Shown here: piece after piece, positions 20,202-30,688 of the stretch
Layout of the letters: every line of letters begins with the position of its first letter
Numbering within the stretch: the stretch's first letter is position 1
Source of the DNA: an uncultured Eubacteriales bacterium
GTDB lineage: Bacteria; Bacillota; Clostridia; Oscillospirales; CAG-272
Reading direction: 5' to 3'
DNA length: 64,000 bases
NCBI GenBank assembly: GCA_949299535.1
Contig: CASGAQ010000005.1
Span: 20,424-84,423, forward strand
Made by a program: the position numbers and the translations under genes
The notes under the pieces: model-generated
Seen by the model: only the letters and a program-made list of their open reading frames with translations
What the model was told of the DNA's origin: nothing
The model's database searches: none

Positions 20202-21479
20202 TCAGAATACCTGAATGTATTCGTCGCGTTCAGCGCCGATGGAAATGTAACGTATCTTACATTCAGTAACTTCTTCTATATATTTAATATACTTCTTTGC
20301 ATTTTCGGGAAGGTCGTCCCATGTACGGCAGCCTGCAATATCACAGTTCCAACCGTCCATGTATTCAACTATGGGTTGAGCACGGTTGAGTCTGTCACCT
20401 GTGGGGAAAGAGGATATTCTTTCACCGTCCACTTCATAAGCTACGCAAACGGGGATTTTCTCAAAATAATTGAGTATATCGAGTTTTGTAAGCGCGACAG
20501 CGTCAGCTCCCTGGCAGCGTATACCGTATCTTGAAGCGACAACGTCAAAAGGACCTACGCGGCGTGGTCTGCCGGTAGCGGCGCCGTATTCGTTGCCTGC
20601 TGCGCGAAGCTTCTCTGCTTCTTCTCCGAACATTTCACAAGTGAAAGGACCTTCGCCTACGCATGAAGAATAAGCTTTCATTATACCGAGAGTATAATCG
20701 AGTTTTTTGCTGGGAATACCTGCACCGATAGGCGCATAAGCCGCGATGGTGGAAGAAGATGAAGTGTAGGGATAGATACCGAAATCGATATCTCTGAGAG
20801 CGCCGAGTTGCGCTTCGAACATGATGTTCTTTCCTTCTTTTACTGCGTTTTCGAGGTATTCTCCGACGTCACAGATGTAGGGTTTGATGATCTCGCCGTA
20901 TTCTTCAAGCCAAGCCATGATCCCTTCAATGGTGTTGGGCTGAGCTTCATAAACCTTGGAGATGATAAGGTTCTTGAAATCGAGAATATCTTTTACATGA
21001 GAAGTAAGCACTTCTTTGGACTCGAAAAGATCTCCCATACGAAGACCTTTCTTCATATATTTGTCCCCGTAAACAGGCGAAATACCGCGGCGTGTAGAGC
21101 CGTATTTCTTGTCTGCGAGGCGCTCTTCTTCCAAGATATCCTGGCGAACGTGGTAAGGCATACAGATGATAGCCTTGTCGCTGATCTTGAGGTTGTCCGG
21201 TGTTATCTCGATTCCGGCGTTGCGAAGGTTTGAAATCTCCCCTGCGAGATGTTTGAGGTCGATAACCATACCGTTACCCATAACATTTACAACTTCAGGA
21301 CTCAAAATTCCGGAAGGCAGAAGGTTGAGAATAAATTTTCCGCGAGGATTGATTACCGTGTGTCCCGCGTTGTTACCACCCTGATAACGAACGACGATAT
21401 CATTTTTTTCGGCAAGAAGGTCGACCATACGTCCCTTTCCTTCATCGCCCCAGTTGATTCCGACAACAGCTGTAAGCAT
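20202..21479 (-). CDS. purA: Adenylosuccinate synthetase
   Basis: WGDEGKG, GGNNAGHT, ATGRPRRVG; start at MLTAVVG. Confidence 0.97.
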   Translation of the reverse strand: MLTAVVGINWGDEGKGRMVDLLAEKNDIVVRYQGGNNAGHTVINPRGKFILNLLPSGILSPEVVNVMGNGMVIDLKHLAGEISNLRNAGIEITPDNLKISDKAIICMPYHVRQDILEEERLADKKYGSTRRGISPVYGDKYMKKGLRMGDLFESKEVLTSHVKDILDFKNLIISKVYEAQPNTIEGIMAWLEEYGEIIKPYICDVGEYLENAVKEGKNIMFEAQLGALRDIDFGIYPYTSSSSTIAAYAPIGAGIPSKKLDYTLGIMKAYSSCVGEGPFTCEMFGEEAEKLRAAGNEYGAATGRPRRVGPFDVVASRYGIRCQGADAVALTKLDILNYFEKIPVCVAYEVDGERISSFPTGDRLNRAQPIVEYMDGWNCDIAGCRTWDDLPENAKKYIKYIEEVTECKIRYISIGAERDEYIQVF

Positions 21480-21753
21480 AAAATCTCTCCTATTCATTAT
21501 ATAAAGCATGAGCTTTTTATATGTTTTTTGCAGTCCGAAAAAGCGAAAGTGCCCAACGGACATGTCATTACCAATATATTATAACACACAAAATCCCATT
21601 TGTACAGTAAAATCCATAATTTTTTATATTTTTATCTTTGATTGCGGATTTTTCTTTAATAATACATACCGATTTCGTCAAAAAATCAAGTGGATATAAC
21701 GGGGATATTTTTGAGTATTAATAAAAGCAAGGAAAAAAAACGCAATCAAACCC

Positions 21754-21782
21754 TTGACATATTGAATTTTTTATGGTATGCT
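21754..21782 (+). promoter_or_regulatory. SigA promoter of rpmG-secE-nusG operon
   Basis: TTGACA-17-TATGCT with TG. Confidence 0.7.
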
Positions 21783-22030
21783 GATAATACCTCTGCGGAT
21801 ACCCTTTTTCGGGGCCTTTTTATTATCCGTGCTGAGGGAGGTACAAAAACAGGGCCGCTATCGCTTTTATCTAAAAGAATATCCGAATATGAACGTGCAA
21901 TATTAAATAAAGCGCGTTTTATCGTTTCGTCAATAAAAGAGTACCCAGCTTCTGTTTTTATTTTCAAACAGAAGTTTTTTATGTATGTGGTACATAAAAA
22001 CTTCAAATCAAATTAGGAGGTGCCGAAAAC

Positions 22031-22192
22031 ATGGCTAGTGATGTAAGAATCAAGGTTACTCTCGCCTGCACCGAATGCAAGCAGAGAAACTATGACACAA
22101 CAAAAAACAAAAGAAACGATCCTGACAGACTTGAACTCAACAAGTACTGCAAATTCTGCCGCAAGCACACACTGCACAAAGAAACAAAATGA
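22031..22192 (+). CDS. rpmG: 50S ribosomal protein L33 (Zn-binding type)
   Basis: Below ORF-track cutoff; [21 protein letters not shown]...[25 protein letters not shown]. Confidence 0.97.
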   Translation: MASDVRIKVTLACTECKQRNYDTTKNKRNDPDRLELNKYCKFCRKHTLHKETK

Positions 22193-22234
22193 TCGTTAAA
22201 ACGAACCGCCCCGCGGTTCGGCAAGGAGGAACTA

Positions 22235-22552
22235 ATGGCTAACGAAAAGGACGAAAAACTCGAAAAGACCGCCAAGTCTGAAAAAGGCGAAAAAGCGGCG
22301 AAAGAGCCGAAAAAAGACAAGCCCGCCAAAAAGGAAAAAGTCGGTTTCTTCAAAAAAATTGCAAAATTCTTCCGCGACTACAGAAGTGAGTTCAAAAAAC
22401 TCGTTTGGCCTACCCGCCAGCAGCTTTTCAAAAACTGCGCTGTCGTATTCACGGCAATAATCGTGTGCGGCGGTGCGCTCGCTTTACTCGACTTCGGCCT
22501 TTCCAAGGGTGTTCAAGGACTTTGGAACCTTGTATGGTATTTCATCGGTTGA
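22235..22552 (+). CDS. secE: Preprotein translocase SecE
   Basis: EFKKLVWPT motif plus TM; between rpmG and nusG. Confidence 0.93.
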   Translation: MANEKDEKLEKTAKSEKGEKAAKEPKKDKPAKKEKVGFFKKIAKFFRDYRSEFKKLVWPTRQQLFKNCAVVFTAIIVCGGALALLDFGLSKGVQGLWNLVWYFIG

Positions 22553-22571
22553 TTAAGCAAGGAGGAAGACG

Positions 22572-23111
22572 ATGAGCATAAGCAGCAGCAACGAAGCAAA
22601 ATGGTATGTAGTTCACACTTACTCCGGTTATGAAAACAAGGTAAAAACAAACCTTGAAAAGATAATCGAAAACCGCGGTATATCTCATCTCATCTCTGAG
22701 GTAAGAGTGCCTGTCGAAAAGGTTATCGAAACAAACGCGGACGGCGTTCAGAAGGAAGTCGAAGTTAAGATATTCCCCAGTTACGTTCTCGTAAAAATGA
22801 TCATGACCGACGAAACATGGCACGTTGTAAGAAACATCACCGGTTCCACCGGATTTGTTGGCCCAGGCTCGCGTCCCGTTCCGCTTACGGACAGTGAGGT
22901 TGAAGCTCTCGGCGTTGAAACACACATTGAATCCTGCGGATTCTCCAAGGGAGACGAAGTAAAGATAACGGTAGGACCCATGTCCGGATTTACCGGAAAA
23001 GTCGATTCTGTTTCGGAAAACGGAAAAAAAATTACGGTACTCGCTTCCGTATTCGGCCGCGAGACGCCCGTTGAGCTCGATTCATCGAACATCGAGATCA
23101 TCAAAGAATAA
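22572..23111 (+). CDS. nusG: Transcription factor NusG
   Basis: WYVVHTYSGYENKVK, KOW domain, FGRETPVEL. Confidence 0.98.
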   Translation: MSISSSNEAKWYVVHTYSGYENKVKTNLEKIIENRGISHLISEVRVPVEKVIETNADGVQKEVEVKIFPSYVLVKMIMTDETWHVVRNITGSTGFVGPGSRPVPLTDSEVEALGVETHIESCGFSKGDEVKITVGPMSGFTGKVDSVSENGKKITVLASVFGRETPVELDSSNIEIIKE

Positions 23112-23149
23112 CAACATTCGCATTACCTGCAATTTGCCGCAGGAAATGT

Positions 23150-23195
23150 ACGTGGGAGGAAGAAAAATTTTTAATTCTTCCGCAGATTACCACAT
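23150..23195 (+). promoter_or_regulatory. Putative L1-binding autoregulatory leader of rplK
   Basis: GTGGGAGG...ACCAC helix with GGAAGAA/TTCTTCC inner stem just before RBS, as in firmicute rplK leaders. Confidence 0.65.
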
Positions 23196-23210
23196 TTGGA
23201 GGTGTAATTT

Positions 23211-23636
23211 ATGGCAAAGAAAATAGTAGCTTTCATCAAGTTGCAGATCCCCGCTGGAAAAGCAACTCCCCAGCCGCCTATCGGTCCGGCTCTCGGTCAG
23301 CACGGTGTTAATATCGCCGCTTTCACAAAAGAATTCAACGAACGCACAAAGAACGACATGGGGCTTATAATCCCTGTTGTTATTACTGTTTACGCAGACC
23401 GTTCCTTCTCTTTCATCACAAAGACTCCCCCCGCTGCGGTTCTTATCAAGAAAGCCTGCGGAATCGAAACAGCTTCTGCAACTCCTAACAAGACAAAAGT
23501 TGCAAGTCTCACAAAAGCACAGGTTGAAGAAATCGCAAAAACAAAACTTCCCGACCTCAACGCTACGTCCCTCGAATCTGCCATGAGCATGATCGCAGGT
23601 ACAGCACGCAGCATGGGTATCACGGTAGTTGACTGA
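23211..23636 (+). CDS. rplK: 50S ribosomal protein L11
   Basis: [19 protein letters not shown]. Confidence 0.99.
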   Translation: MAKKIVAFIKLQIPAGKATPQPPIGPALGQHGVNIAAFTKEFNERTKNDMGLIIPVVITVYADRSFSFITKTPPAAVLIKKACGIETASATPNKTKVASLTKAQVEEIAKTKLPDLNATSLESAMSMIAGTARSMGITVVD

Positions 23637-23653
23637 AAGGAGGAGAAATAACA

Positions 23654-24349
23654 ATGTTTAAAGGCAAAAAATATCAGGACAGCGCAAAACTCGTTGACAC
23701 ATCTAAACTTTACGACGCAAGCGAAGCTCTCGCTCTCGTTTGCCAGACTTCCAAAGCAAAATTCGATGAAACGATCGAACTTCATATTCGTCTTGGCGTA
23801 GACAGCCGTTATGCAGACCAGCAGGTCCGCGGCGCCGTTGTACTTCCAAACGGTACGGGTAAGAAAGTAAAAACCCTCGTATTCGCAAAAGGCGACAAAG
23901 CAGAAGCAGCTAAAGCAGCAGGCGCAGATTATGTAGGCGCAGAAGACATGGTTGCTAAGATCACAGGTGAGAACTGGTTCGATTTCGACGTAGTTATCGC
24001 TTCTCCCGACATGATGGGTGTAATCGGTCGTCTCGGTAAAGTTCTCGGTCCTAAAGGTCTTATGCCTAACCCCAAAGCAGGTACTGTAACTCCCGACGTT
24101 GCTCGTGCAGTAACAGAAGCTAAAGCAGGTAAAGTTGAATATCGTCTTGACAAGACAAACATCATTCACTGCCCTATCGGTAAAGCCTCTTTCGGTGCTG
24201 AAAAACTTCAGGCAAACTTCGACGCTCTCATGGGTGCGGTTATTAAAGCAAGACCCGCTGCATGCAAAGGTCAGTACGTTAAGAGCTGCGTTGTAGCTTC
24301 TACAATGGGCCCCGGCGTTAAAGTAAATGCCGCTAAATTCGGCGCTTAA
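23654..24349 (+). CDS. rplA: 50S ribosomal protein L1
   Basis: [24 protein letters not shown]. Confidence 0.99.
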   Translation: MFKGKKYQDSAKLVDTSKLYDASEALALVCQTSKAKFDETIELHIRLGVDSRYADQQVRGAVVLPNGTGKKVKTLVFAKGDKAEAAKAAGADYVGAEDMVAKITGENWFDFDVVIASPDMMGVIGRLGKVLGPKGLMPNPKAGTVTPDVARAVTEAKAGKVEYRLDKTNIIHCPIGKASFGAEKLQANFDALMGAVIKARPAACKGQYVKSCVVASTMGPGVKVNAAKFGA

Positions 24350-24367
24350 TTTTGAATATAAAAACAG

Positions 24368-24402
24368 AAAATGCCACGCGAATTTTTGCATGGCATTTTT
24401 TA
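24368..24402. terminator. Terminator between rplA and the convergent hydrogenase operon
   Basis: AAATGCCA/TGGCATTT plus T-run. Confidence 0.7.
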
Positions 24403-24411
24403 TTTGTTGTT

Positions 24412-25260
24412 TCAGCAACACTGTAAGATAAGATGTACCCTGTCAAATCTCTTGTTCTTTAAATCTTTTTCACGAATATAATAGTAAATACAGCCGCAGT
24501 CCCCAAACATAATCTCATCAGAAATAGTTCCGAACTGTGCAAGCAATATCCAATCACGGCTCTTTTCCGCGATCTCTTTCTCTTTGTCCTGCGGCAGTTT
24601 TACGGGACTGCCGCAGTAGATTCCGGAAGTCACCTTTTCACATTCGATGAGCATAGAGCCTTGTATCGTATCCGCATATCCGAGTAATTTGAATATCTTT
24701 TCGGGATCGCGCTCGGTGTCGACTCCAAGCTCTGCAAGTATATCGTCATATTCTTCCCAATCGATGTCTTTTTCAAATATATCACAAAATTCCTCATTAA
24801 CAGGATAGCTTTCCGCGTTCCCGAAAGAAAGTTTCATTTCGGGGACACGGAGATTTTCATCTAAGTCATCAGGAAGCTCGTATTCGCAAAGCTTATCAGC
24901 TTCAACATCGAAATAATAAACTTTGGCGCACCCGATGTCGTCCGGAGAAAAACCCCAGCACATCGTGTTCAATTCATAAAAGAAATACATAAAACCTGTA
25001 TGCGGCAACATATTATCTGTATCAAATATGGCGATCTCCGACATATCGAACTGAGCGATAAACGAAAGAGGTCGATTTTTCACCTCGCCGTCGAAAATAC
25101 TTTCGCCGCGGTAATATGGCCATTTAAAATTTTCAGGCAAAACAGGACGTCCTCCGATCTTCGAAAGACCGCCGAGCGAATCTTCCCCGCCGCTCGCGCT
25201 GAATGTTACCGAGTTGCGTCTTGTTTTTTTAATAAGCTGCAAAATATCGGAAACCATCAA
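24412..25260 (-). CDS. YwqG/DUF1963 family protein
   Basis: SKIGGRP, PLSFIAQ, LLGYADTIQ, MFGDCG, F..V..ILQC. Confidence 0.88.
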   Translation of the reverse strand: MMVSDILQLIKKTRRNSVTFSASGGEDSLGGLSKIGGRPVLPENFKWPYYRGESIFDGEVKNRPLSFIAQFDMSEIAIFDTDNMLPHTGFMYFFYELNTMCWGFSPDDIGCAKVYYFDVEADKLCEYELPDDLDENLRVPEMKLSFGNAESYPVNEEFCDIFEKDIDWEEYDDILAELGVDTERDPEKIFKLLGYADTIQGSMLIECEKVTSGIYCGSPVKLPQDKEKEIAEKSRDWILLAQFGTISDEIMFGDCGCIYYYIREKDLKNKRFDRVHLILQCC

Positions 25261-26999
25261 AGACCTCGTTTTATATAGAAAGTATGGAGTATCTCATGCG
25301 CTTTGTGACTGCCGGGACTGCCGAGATAATCATCATATATCTTCTGTACTGCGGGGTTGTCATGGGAACATCTTATCTTATTGCCGGCGTCAGACTTGTA
25401 AAGTACCTGAGCGCGTTTGGCTTTAAGGTCTACGGACGCCCTTACAGCCGCGCTTTGAACGGGCTGTCCGCCGCCGTTTACGCAGCCTCCGGGACAAGCC
25501 ATGACTTCGATGAAATCAACTTTAACCTCACCTGCTTTTACCTTGTCGAGCAGTTCGCGCGCATTCTTTGCACCTGACGTTACAGCAACATTTACCGTAA
25601 CATCTCCCAATTTATACTGCGCGTATTTGATCGGAGCAGTTCCGCGCACATCGGGCAGATCGACTTCTTCAAGGTTAGTTCCGAGTATTGTTTTTGCCGC
25701 GGTACGGAGAGCCGCCTCCATAACGCCGCCCGTTGCGCCGAATATTTCTCCGGCACCGGAACGGATACCGAAAGGAGCGTCAAATTCTTCATCTTCAAGT
25801 TCGCGGAAGTTGATTCCCGCGCGCTCTATCATTCTTGCAAGCTCGCGCGTCGTGATAGCATAGTCGACATCAAAAATGCCTTCTCCCGCGGCGCTTTGTC
25901 CGGGACGTCTTACCTCAAACTTTTTCGCCGTACAAGGAATAGCCGAAACAAAAACTATATCCGCAGGGTCAAGTCCGCGTTTCTGAGCATAGTATGTTTT
26001 GTACATTGCGCCGAACATCTGCTGGGGAGATTTGCACGTTGAAAGATTATCGGTCAATTCGGGATAATAATGCTCGCAGAATTTTATCCAGCCGGGAGAG
26101 CAAGAGGTTATAAGCGGCAACTTTTCACCTTTTGTGAATCTTTCGATAAATTCGTGAGCTTCTTCCATTATGGTAAGATCCGCCGTAAGGTTCATATCGT
26201 ATACGCCGTCAAAACCAAGACGCTTGATGGCCGCTACCATCTTACCTTCCACGTCTGTTCCCGGCTCATAACCGAAGCATTCGCCTATCGTAGCGCGGAC
26301 AGAAGGAGCCGTGCATATGGCAACGTGTTTTGAAGGATCGTTAAGCGCCTGCCAAACGGCTTTTGTGTCGTCCTTTTCATAGAGCGCGCCTACCGGACAG
26401 GCAACAACACACTGACCGCAACCTATACAAGAAGTCGCGCCGAGCGGCATTTCAAAAGCGGAACCGATATGAGTATCAAAACCGCGATCAAGAGCGGCTA
26501 TCGCGCCTATTCCCTGCATTTTGCAGGCACCGACACATCTGCGGCAGAGTATGCATTTATCGTTATCGCGCACAAGGAAAGCCGTGCTTTCGTCTTTAGG
26601 TGTGCGAAGCATTTTTCCTTTGAAATGCTCCTCGTCGTCAACGCCGTAGTCGCGGCAGAGTTTCTGAAGTTCACAGCTCTGGCTTCTTATACATGAGAGA
26701 CACTTCTTTTCGTGAGTGGAGAGAACAAGTTCAAGGTTAGTTTTTCTCATCTTCTGAACTTTTTCGGTGTTTGTAAGAATCTCCATTCCCTCATTAACGG
26801 GAGTTACGCAAGCTGCCATCATGCCGCGCGCTCCTTTTACTTCAACAAGGCAAAGACGGCAGGCGCCTATCTCGTTTATATCCTTGAGGTAGCAGAGAGT
26901 GGGAATGTCCACTTTTGCGATTCTCGCCGCGTCGAGGATCGTAGAACCCGCGGGAACGGAATAATCGCGTCCGTTTATTTTTATATTTACGTTGTCCAT
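25257..26999 (-). CDS. hydA: [FeFe]-hydrogenase catalytic subunit (HydA/HndD type)
   Basis: H-cluster motifs TSCSPGW, PCTAKKFE, EVMACPGGCVNGGGQP; N-terminal 2Fe-2S and 4Fe-4S cysteines. Confidence 0.97.
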   Translation of the reverse strand: MDNVNIKINGRDYSVPAGSTILDAARIAKVDIPTLCYLKDINEIGACRLCLVEVKGARGMMAACVTPVNEGMEILTNTEKVQKMRKTNLELVLSTHEKKCLSCIRSQSCELQKLCRDYGVDDEEHFKGKMLRTPKDESTAFLVRDNDKCILCRRCVGACKMQGIGAIAALDRGFDTHIGSAFEMPLGATSCIGCGQCVVACPVGALYEKDDTKAVWQALNDPSKHVAICTAPSVRATIGECFGYEPGTDVEGKMVAAIKRLGFDGVYDMNLTADLTIMEEAHEFIERFTKGEKLPLITSCSPGWIKFCEHYYPELTDNLSTCKSPQQMFGAMYKTYYAQKRGLDPADIVFVSAIPCTAKKFEVRRPGQSAAGEGIFDVDYAITTRELARMIERAGINFRELEDEEFDAPFGIRSGAGEIFGATGGVMEAALRTAAKTILGTNLEEVDLPDVRGTAPIKYAQYKLGDVTVNVAVTSGAKNARELLDKVKAGEVKVDFIEVMACPGGCVNGGGQPVQSAAVRASVDLKAKRAQVLYKSDAGNKIRCSHDNPAVQKIYDDYLGSPGSHKAHEILHTFYIKRGL

Positions 27000-27015
27000 A
27001 TATTTATGATCCTCC

Positions 27016-28803
27016 TCAACCTTTATGGATAGCGCCGAATTTACATGTTGACATGCAGGCGCCGCATTTTATACACTTCGAAGCGTCTATCACATGAATT
27101 TCTTTTACCTTGCCGGATATCGCACCGACGGGACATTTTCTCGCACAAGCCGTACAGCCCTTGCATTTATCCGGATCGATACTGAAACTGAGCAGTTTCT
27201 TGCATACGCCGGCAGGACATTTCTTGTCTTTAACGTGAGCGATATATTCGCCGCGGAAATAACGCAGTGTGGAGAGAACGGGATTAGGCGCCGTCTGCCC
27301 CAGACCGCAGAGAGAAGCGCTCTTGATATAGTTGCAGAGTTCCTCCAAGCGCGCGATATCCTCCATTTCTCCGTTGCCTGAGGTGATTTTTTCGAGTATC
27401 TCAAGAAGTCTCATCGTACCCGTGCGGCAAGGAGTACATTTGCCGCATGATTCATCGACCGTAAATTCAAGGAAGAATTTGGCGATATCGACCATACAGT
27501 CGCTCTCGTCCATTACGATAAGGCCGCCTGAACCCATCATGGAACCTATTGCGATAAGGTTGTCATAATCGATAGGCGTATCTACGAGAGACGCCGGTAT
27601 ACAACCGCCGGAAGGGCCGCCGGTCTGAGCAGCTTTGAATTTTTTGCCGTTCGGAATACCTCCGCCTATCTCCTCTATTATCTCGCGCAAAGTCGTACCC
27701 ATCGGAACTTCTACAAGACCGGTGTGAGTTATCTTGCCGCCGAGAGCAAATACTTTAGTTCCCTTGGATTTCTCCGTTCCCATAGAGGAAAACCAACCCG
27801 CGCCTTTGAGGATTATCTGCGGAACGTTCGCATATGTTTCAACATTGTTGATTATCGTAGGCTGACCGAAAAGACCTTTCACAGCCGGGAAAGGAGGTCT
27901 GGGCCTCGGTTCGCCGCGCTTGCCTTCGATAGAGGTGAGAAGCGCAGTCTCCTCACCGCAGACGAACGCGCCTGCGCCGAGTCTTATATGCACGTCAAAA
28001 TCAAATCCTGTTTCGAATATATTTTTGCCGAGTAATCCGTACTCACGAGCCTGCTCTATAGCTTTTTTGAGTCGTCTTACAGCTATGGGATACTCTGCGC
28101 GAACATAGACATAACCCTCGTCCGCGCCTATAGCATAACCTGCAATAGCCATAGCCTCTATTACCGCGTGCGGATCTCCTTCGAGAATTGAACGGTCCAT
28201 AAACGCACCGGGGTCGCCTTCGTCCGCGTTGCAGACAACGTACTTTTTATCAGAAACGCTGTTTGCGGCAAATTGCCATTTGTTGCCTGTCGGGAAACCG
28301 CCGCCGCCGCGTCCGCGCAGTCCGGAGGATTTGATCTCATCTATAACGCCCTGCGGAGTCATTTCCGTAAGGACTTTTCCAAGCGCGGCATAGCCGTCTT
28401 TTGCTATATATTCCTCAATATTTTCAGGATCTATAACGCCGCAGTTGCGGAGAGCAACACGGTGCTGTTTTTTATAGAAAGTAGTTTCCTGAAGTGATTT
28501 TGCGTGCTGTCCCGTCACGCTGTCTTTGTAAACGAGCCTTTCGACTATATTTCCTTTGAGAAGATGTTCGGAAACAATCTCGGGAACATCTTCTTCTTTC
28601 ACCGCCGAATAGAAAATGCCTTCAGGATAAACTATCATTATAGGACCCAGCGCGCAAAGACCGAAGCAACCGGTCTGAACTACCTTTACTTCATCGGAAA
28701 GACCTGCTTTTTCAAGCTCTTTCTCCATTAAATCGTGTATTGTCACGCTTCCGCTTGATGTACAGCCGGTACCGCCGCATATAAGAACGTGTGAACGAAT
28801 CAT
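27016..28803 (-). CDS. hydB: NADH-binding NuoF-like hydrogenase subunit (HydB/HndC)
   Basis: GLRGRGGGGFP, NADEGDPGAFMDR, GAGAFVCGEETAL, C-terminal 2x4Fe-4S. Confidence 0.96.
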   Translation of the reverse strand: MIRSHVLICGGTGCTSSGSVTIHDLMEKELEKAGLSDEVKVVQTGCFGLCALGPIMIVYPEGIFYSAVKEEDVPEIVSEHLLKGNIVERLVYKDSVTGQHAKSLQETTFYKKQHRVALRNCGVIDPENIEEYIAKDGYAALGKVLTEMTPQGVIDEIKSSGLRGRGGGGFPTGNKWQFAANSVSDKKYVVCNADEGDPGAFMDRSILEGDPHAVIEAMAIAGYAIGADEGYVYVRAEYPIAVRRLKKAIEQAREYGLLGKNIFETGFDFDVHIRLGAGAFVCGEETALLTSIEGKRGEPRPRPPFPAVKGLFGQPTIINNVETYANVPQIILKGAGWFSSMGTEKSKGTKVFALGGKITHTGLVEVPMGTTLREIIEEIGGGIPNGKKFKAAQTGGPSGGCIPASLVDTPIDYDNLIAIGSMMGSGGLIVMDESDCMVDIAKFFLEFTVDESCGKCTPCRTGTMRLLEILEKITSGNGEMEDIARLEELCNYIKSASLCGLGQTAPNPVLSTLRYFRGEYIAHVKDKKCPAGVCKKLLSFSIDPDKCKGCTACARKCPVGAISGKVKEIHVIDASKCIKCGACMSTCKFGAIHKG

Positions 28804-29168
28804 CGAGCTGCTCCCTCCTTTGTATATTCAGCGACGACCGTACCGCCTTTGATGTGTTTTTCAACGACTTCAAGCGCGCGTTCGGGCGTCATTTTTATAT
28901 ATGTGGTTCTATTTCCGTCTTCCGTAAAGACCTCGACTATCGGTTCGAACTCGCAAAGACCGATACAGCCTGTTTGAGTGACTGTAAACGTATCGGCAAG
29001 ACCCGCGCCGTATACGGAATCCACAAATGTATTCAAAACTGCTCTTGCGCCGGCGGAGATACCGCAGTCTCCCATACATACGACGATACGGTTTGCTTTT
29101 TCTCCGTCGCGCAGAGCGACTTTATCTTTCATTCTTTCTTTTATAGAAGCAAGTTCCGATAATTTCAT
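28800..29168 (-). CDS. Thioredoxin-like 2Fe-2S ferredoxin subunit (HndB/HydD-like)
   Basis: MGDCGISAGA, TGCIGLCEFEP; overlaps hydB start. Confidence 0.9.
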   Translation of the reverse strand: MKLSELASIKERMKDKVALRDGEKANRIVVCMGDCGISAGARAVLNTFVDSVYGAGLADTFTVTQTGCIGLCEFEPIVEVFTEDGNRTTYIKMTPERALEVVEKHIKGGTVVAEYTKEGAAR

Positions 29169-29242
29169 GCTTTAACTTTCCCTTCTGAAATTTTTATCTG
29201 TAAAAATCGTAAGTTTTAAGATGCTATATGCTATATGCCATA

Positions 29243-29734
29243 TCAGTATTTTTCAAGAATATCCTTTACGTCTTCGGGCTTGAGTTTACCGTAAACGTCC
29301 TCGTTCACGGTAATGACGGGAGCCAGTCCGCAGGCGCCCAGACATCTTGTTGCGTCAAGGCTGAATTTTCCGTCAGAGCTCGTCTCACCCGGTTGTATAC
29401 CCAAAATCTCAGAGATTTTCTCTATGACCTTTCCCGCGCCTTTTACATAGCAGGCGGTGCCAAGGCAGACCGAAATAGAAACCTTGCCTTTTGGGTTCAG
29501 CGAGAACTGAGAGTAAAAAGTCGCAACGCCATATATCTCCGCCAGAGGAACGCCGGTTTTTATCGAGATAGCCTGCTGCACCTCTATTGGCAGATAGCCG
29601 TAAACCTCCTGAGCGTCTTGAAGTATACGCATAACGGCGCCTTCGCCCTTGCCGTATTTTTCTATTATAGCGTCAAGTTTTTTCTCCTGTTCCGGAGTAC
29701 CGGCGAATTTAACTGAAGTCATTTTCTTTTTCAT
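29243..29734 (-). CDS. hydC: NuoE-like 2Fe-2S subunit (HydC/HndA)
   Basis: CLGTACYVKG, CLGACGLAP. Confidence 0.95.
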   Translation of the reverse strand: MKKKMTSVKFAGTPEQEKKLDAIIEKYGKGEGAVMRILQDAQEVYGYLPIEVQQAISIKTGVPLAEIYGVATFYSQFSLNPKGKVSISVCLGTACYVKGAGKVIEKISEILGIQPGETSSDGKFSLDATRCLGACGLAPVITVNEDVYGKLKPEDVKDILEKY

Positions 29735-29955
29735 GATCTAAAAAAACTCCCTCCTTTGGAAGATGTATGATTTTTGTATAAAACATATCTGCTTTTTTAA
29801 ACATTCGAATCCATATATTATAAGTATAGCAAATATTTTTTTAAAAATCTATATATTTTACTTAAAAAAACAAGTTGCATTCGACATTTTTTGTTGATTT
29901 TTTTTGGTGAAAAGCAACAATTATAAAATAAATGAAAGTAAATATTAAAAAAATA

Positions 29956-30014
29956 TTGATTTTCCGAAAAACGAGAGTTATAATCTAAATAAAAAAAGTG
30001 TCCCATTTGGTACA
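29956..30014 (+). promoter_or_regulatory. Promoter plus Crp-type palindromic operator
   Basis: TTGATT-17-TATAAT (29956-29984); TGTCCCATTTGGTACA (29999-30014). Confidence 0.6.
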
Positions 30015-30024
30015 GGTTAAGAAA

Positions 30025-30687
30025 ATGATAACGAATAACATAACACCGGAAATGAAAGAGAAATTTCACTCATCTTTCCTTTTTCGCGGTATCTCATCTA
30101 TTTCTGAAGAGATAGAGAGCCAACTGCTCTCTACCGCCGAATTTTTCTCGCGCGGAGAATGTGTTTACGAAAGCACCAACTTCCGTAAAGCTCTTGGAAT
30201 AATAATCTTTGGCAAGGTGCGCGTCACCACGTCAGATGAAAAAAGTAAAGTCATACTGCGCGACATGGACGCAGGCGAAACATTCGGAGCAGCCGCGCTT
30301 TTCGGCGCAGGAGAGCTTTACGTCAGCACGATACGCGCCAAAACGAGATGTGCGGTAGTGTTCATAGACGAAAGCACGCTTACCGAGCTTTTTGCGCTCC
30401 GCCCTGAGATATCGGTAAATTATATATCTTTTCTTTCCTCAAAGATACGTTATCTCAACGGAAAAATAGCGGAGCTTTCCACACGCGGAGCGGAGGAAAA
30501 GCTTTTGGACTATATGCAAAAATGCACCGAGTCTGGTAAGAAAGTAAAGGTCGGAGGTATGTCCGCCCTTGCCAAAACGCTTAACATCGGACGTTCCAGC
30601 CTTTACCGCGCGCTTTCTTCTCTTGAGGATAGAGGTATTATTTTCAAAAACGGAGACGAATGGGAAACAGTTAAGGAGAAAAACTGA
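30025..30687 (+). CDS. Crp/Fnr family transcriptional regulator
   Basis: cNMP-binding-like domain (GETFG), C-terminal HTH LAKTLNIGRSSLYRAL. Confidence 0.9.
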   Translation: MITNNITPEMKEKFHSSFLFRGISSISEEIESQLLSTAEFFSRGECVYESTNFRKALGIIIFGKVRVTTSDEKSKVILRDMDAGETFGAAALFGAGELYVSTIRAKTRCAVVFIDESTLTELFALRPEISVNYISFLSSKIRYLNGKIAELSTRGAEEKLLDYMQKCTESGKKVKVGGMSALAKTLNIGRSSLYRALSSLEDRGIIFKNGDEWETVKEKN

Positions 30688-30688
30688 T

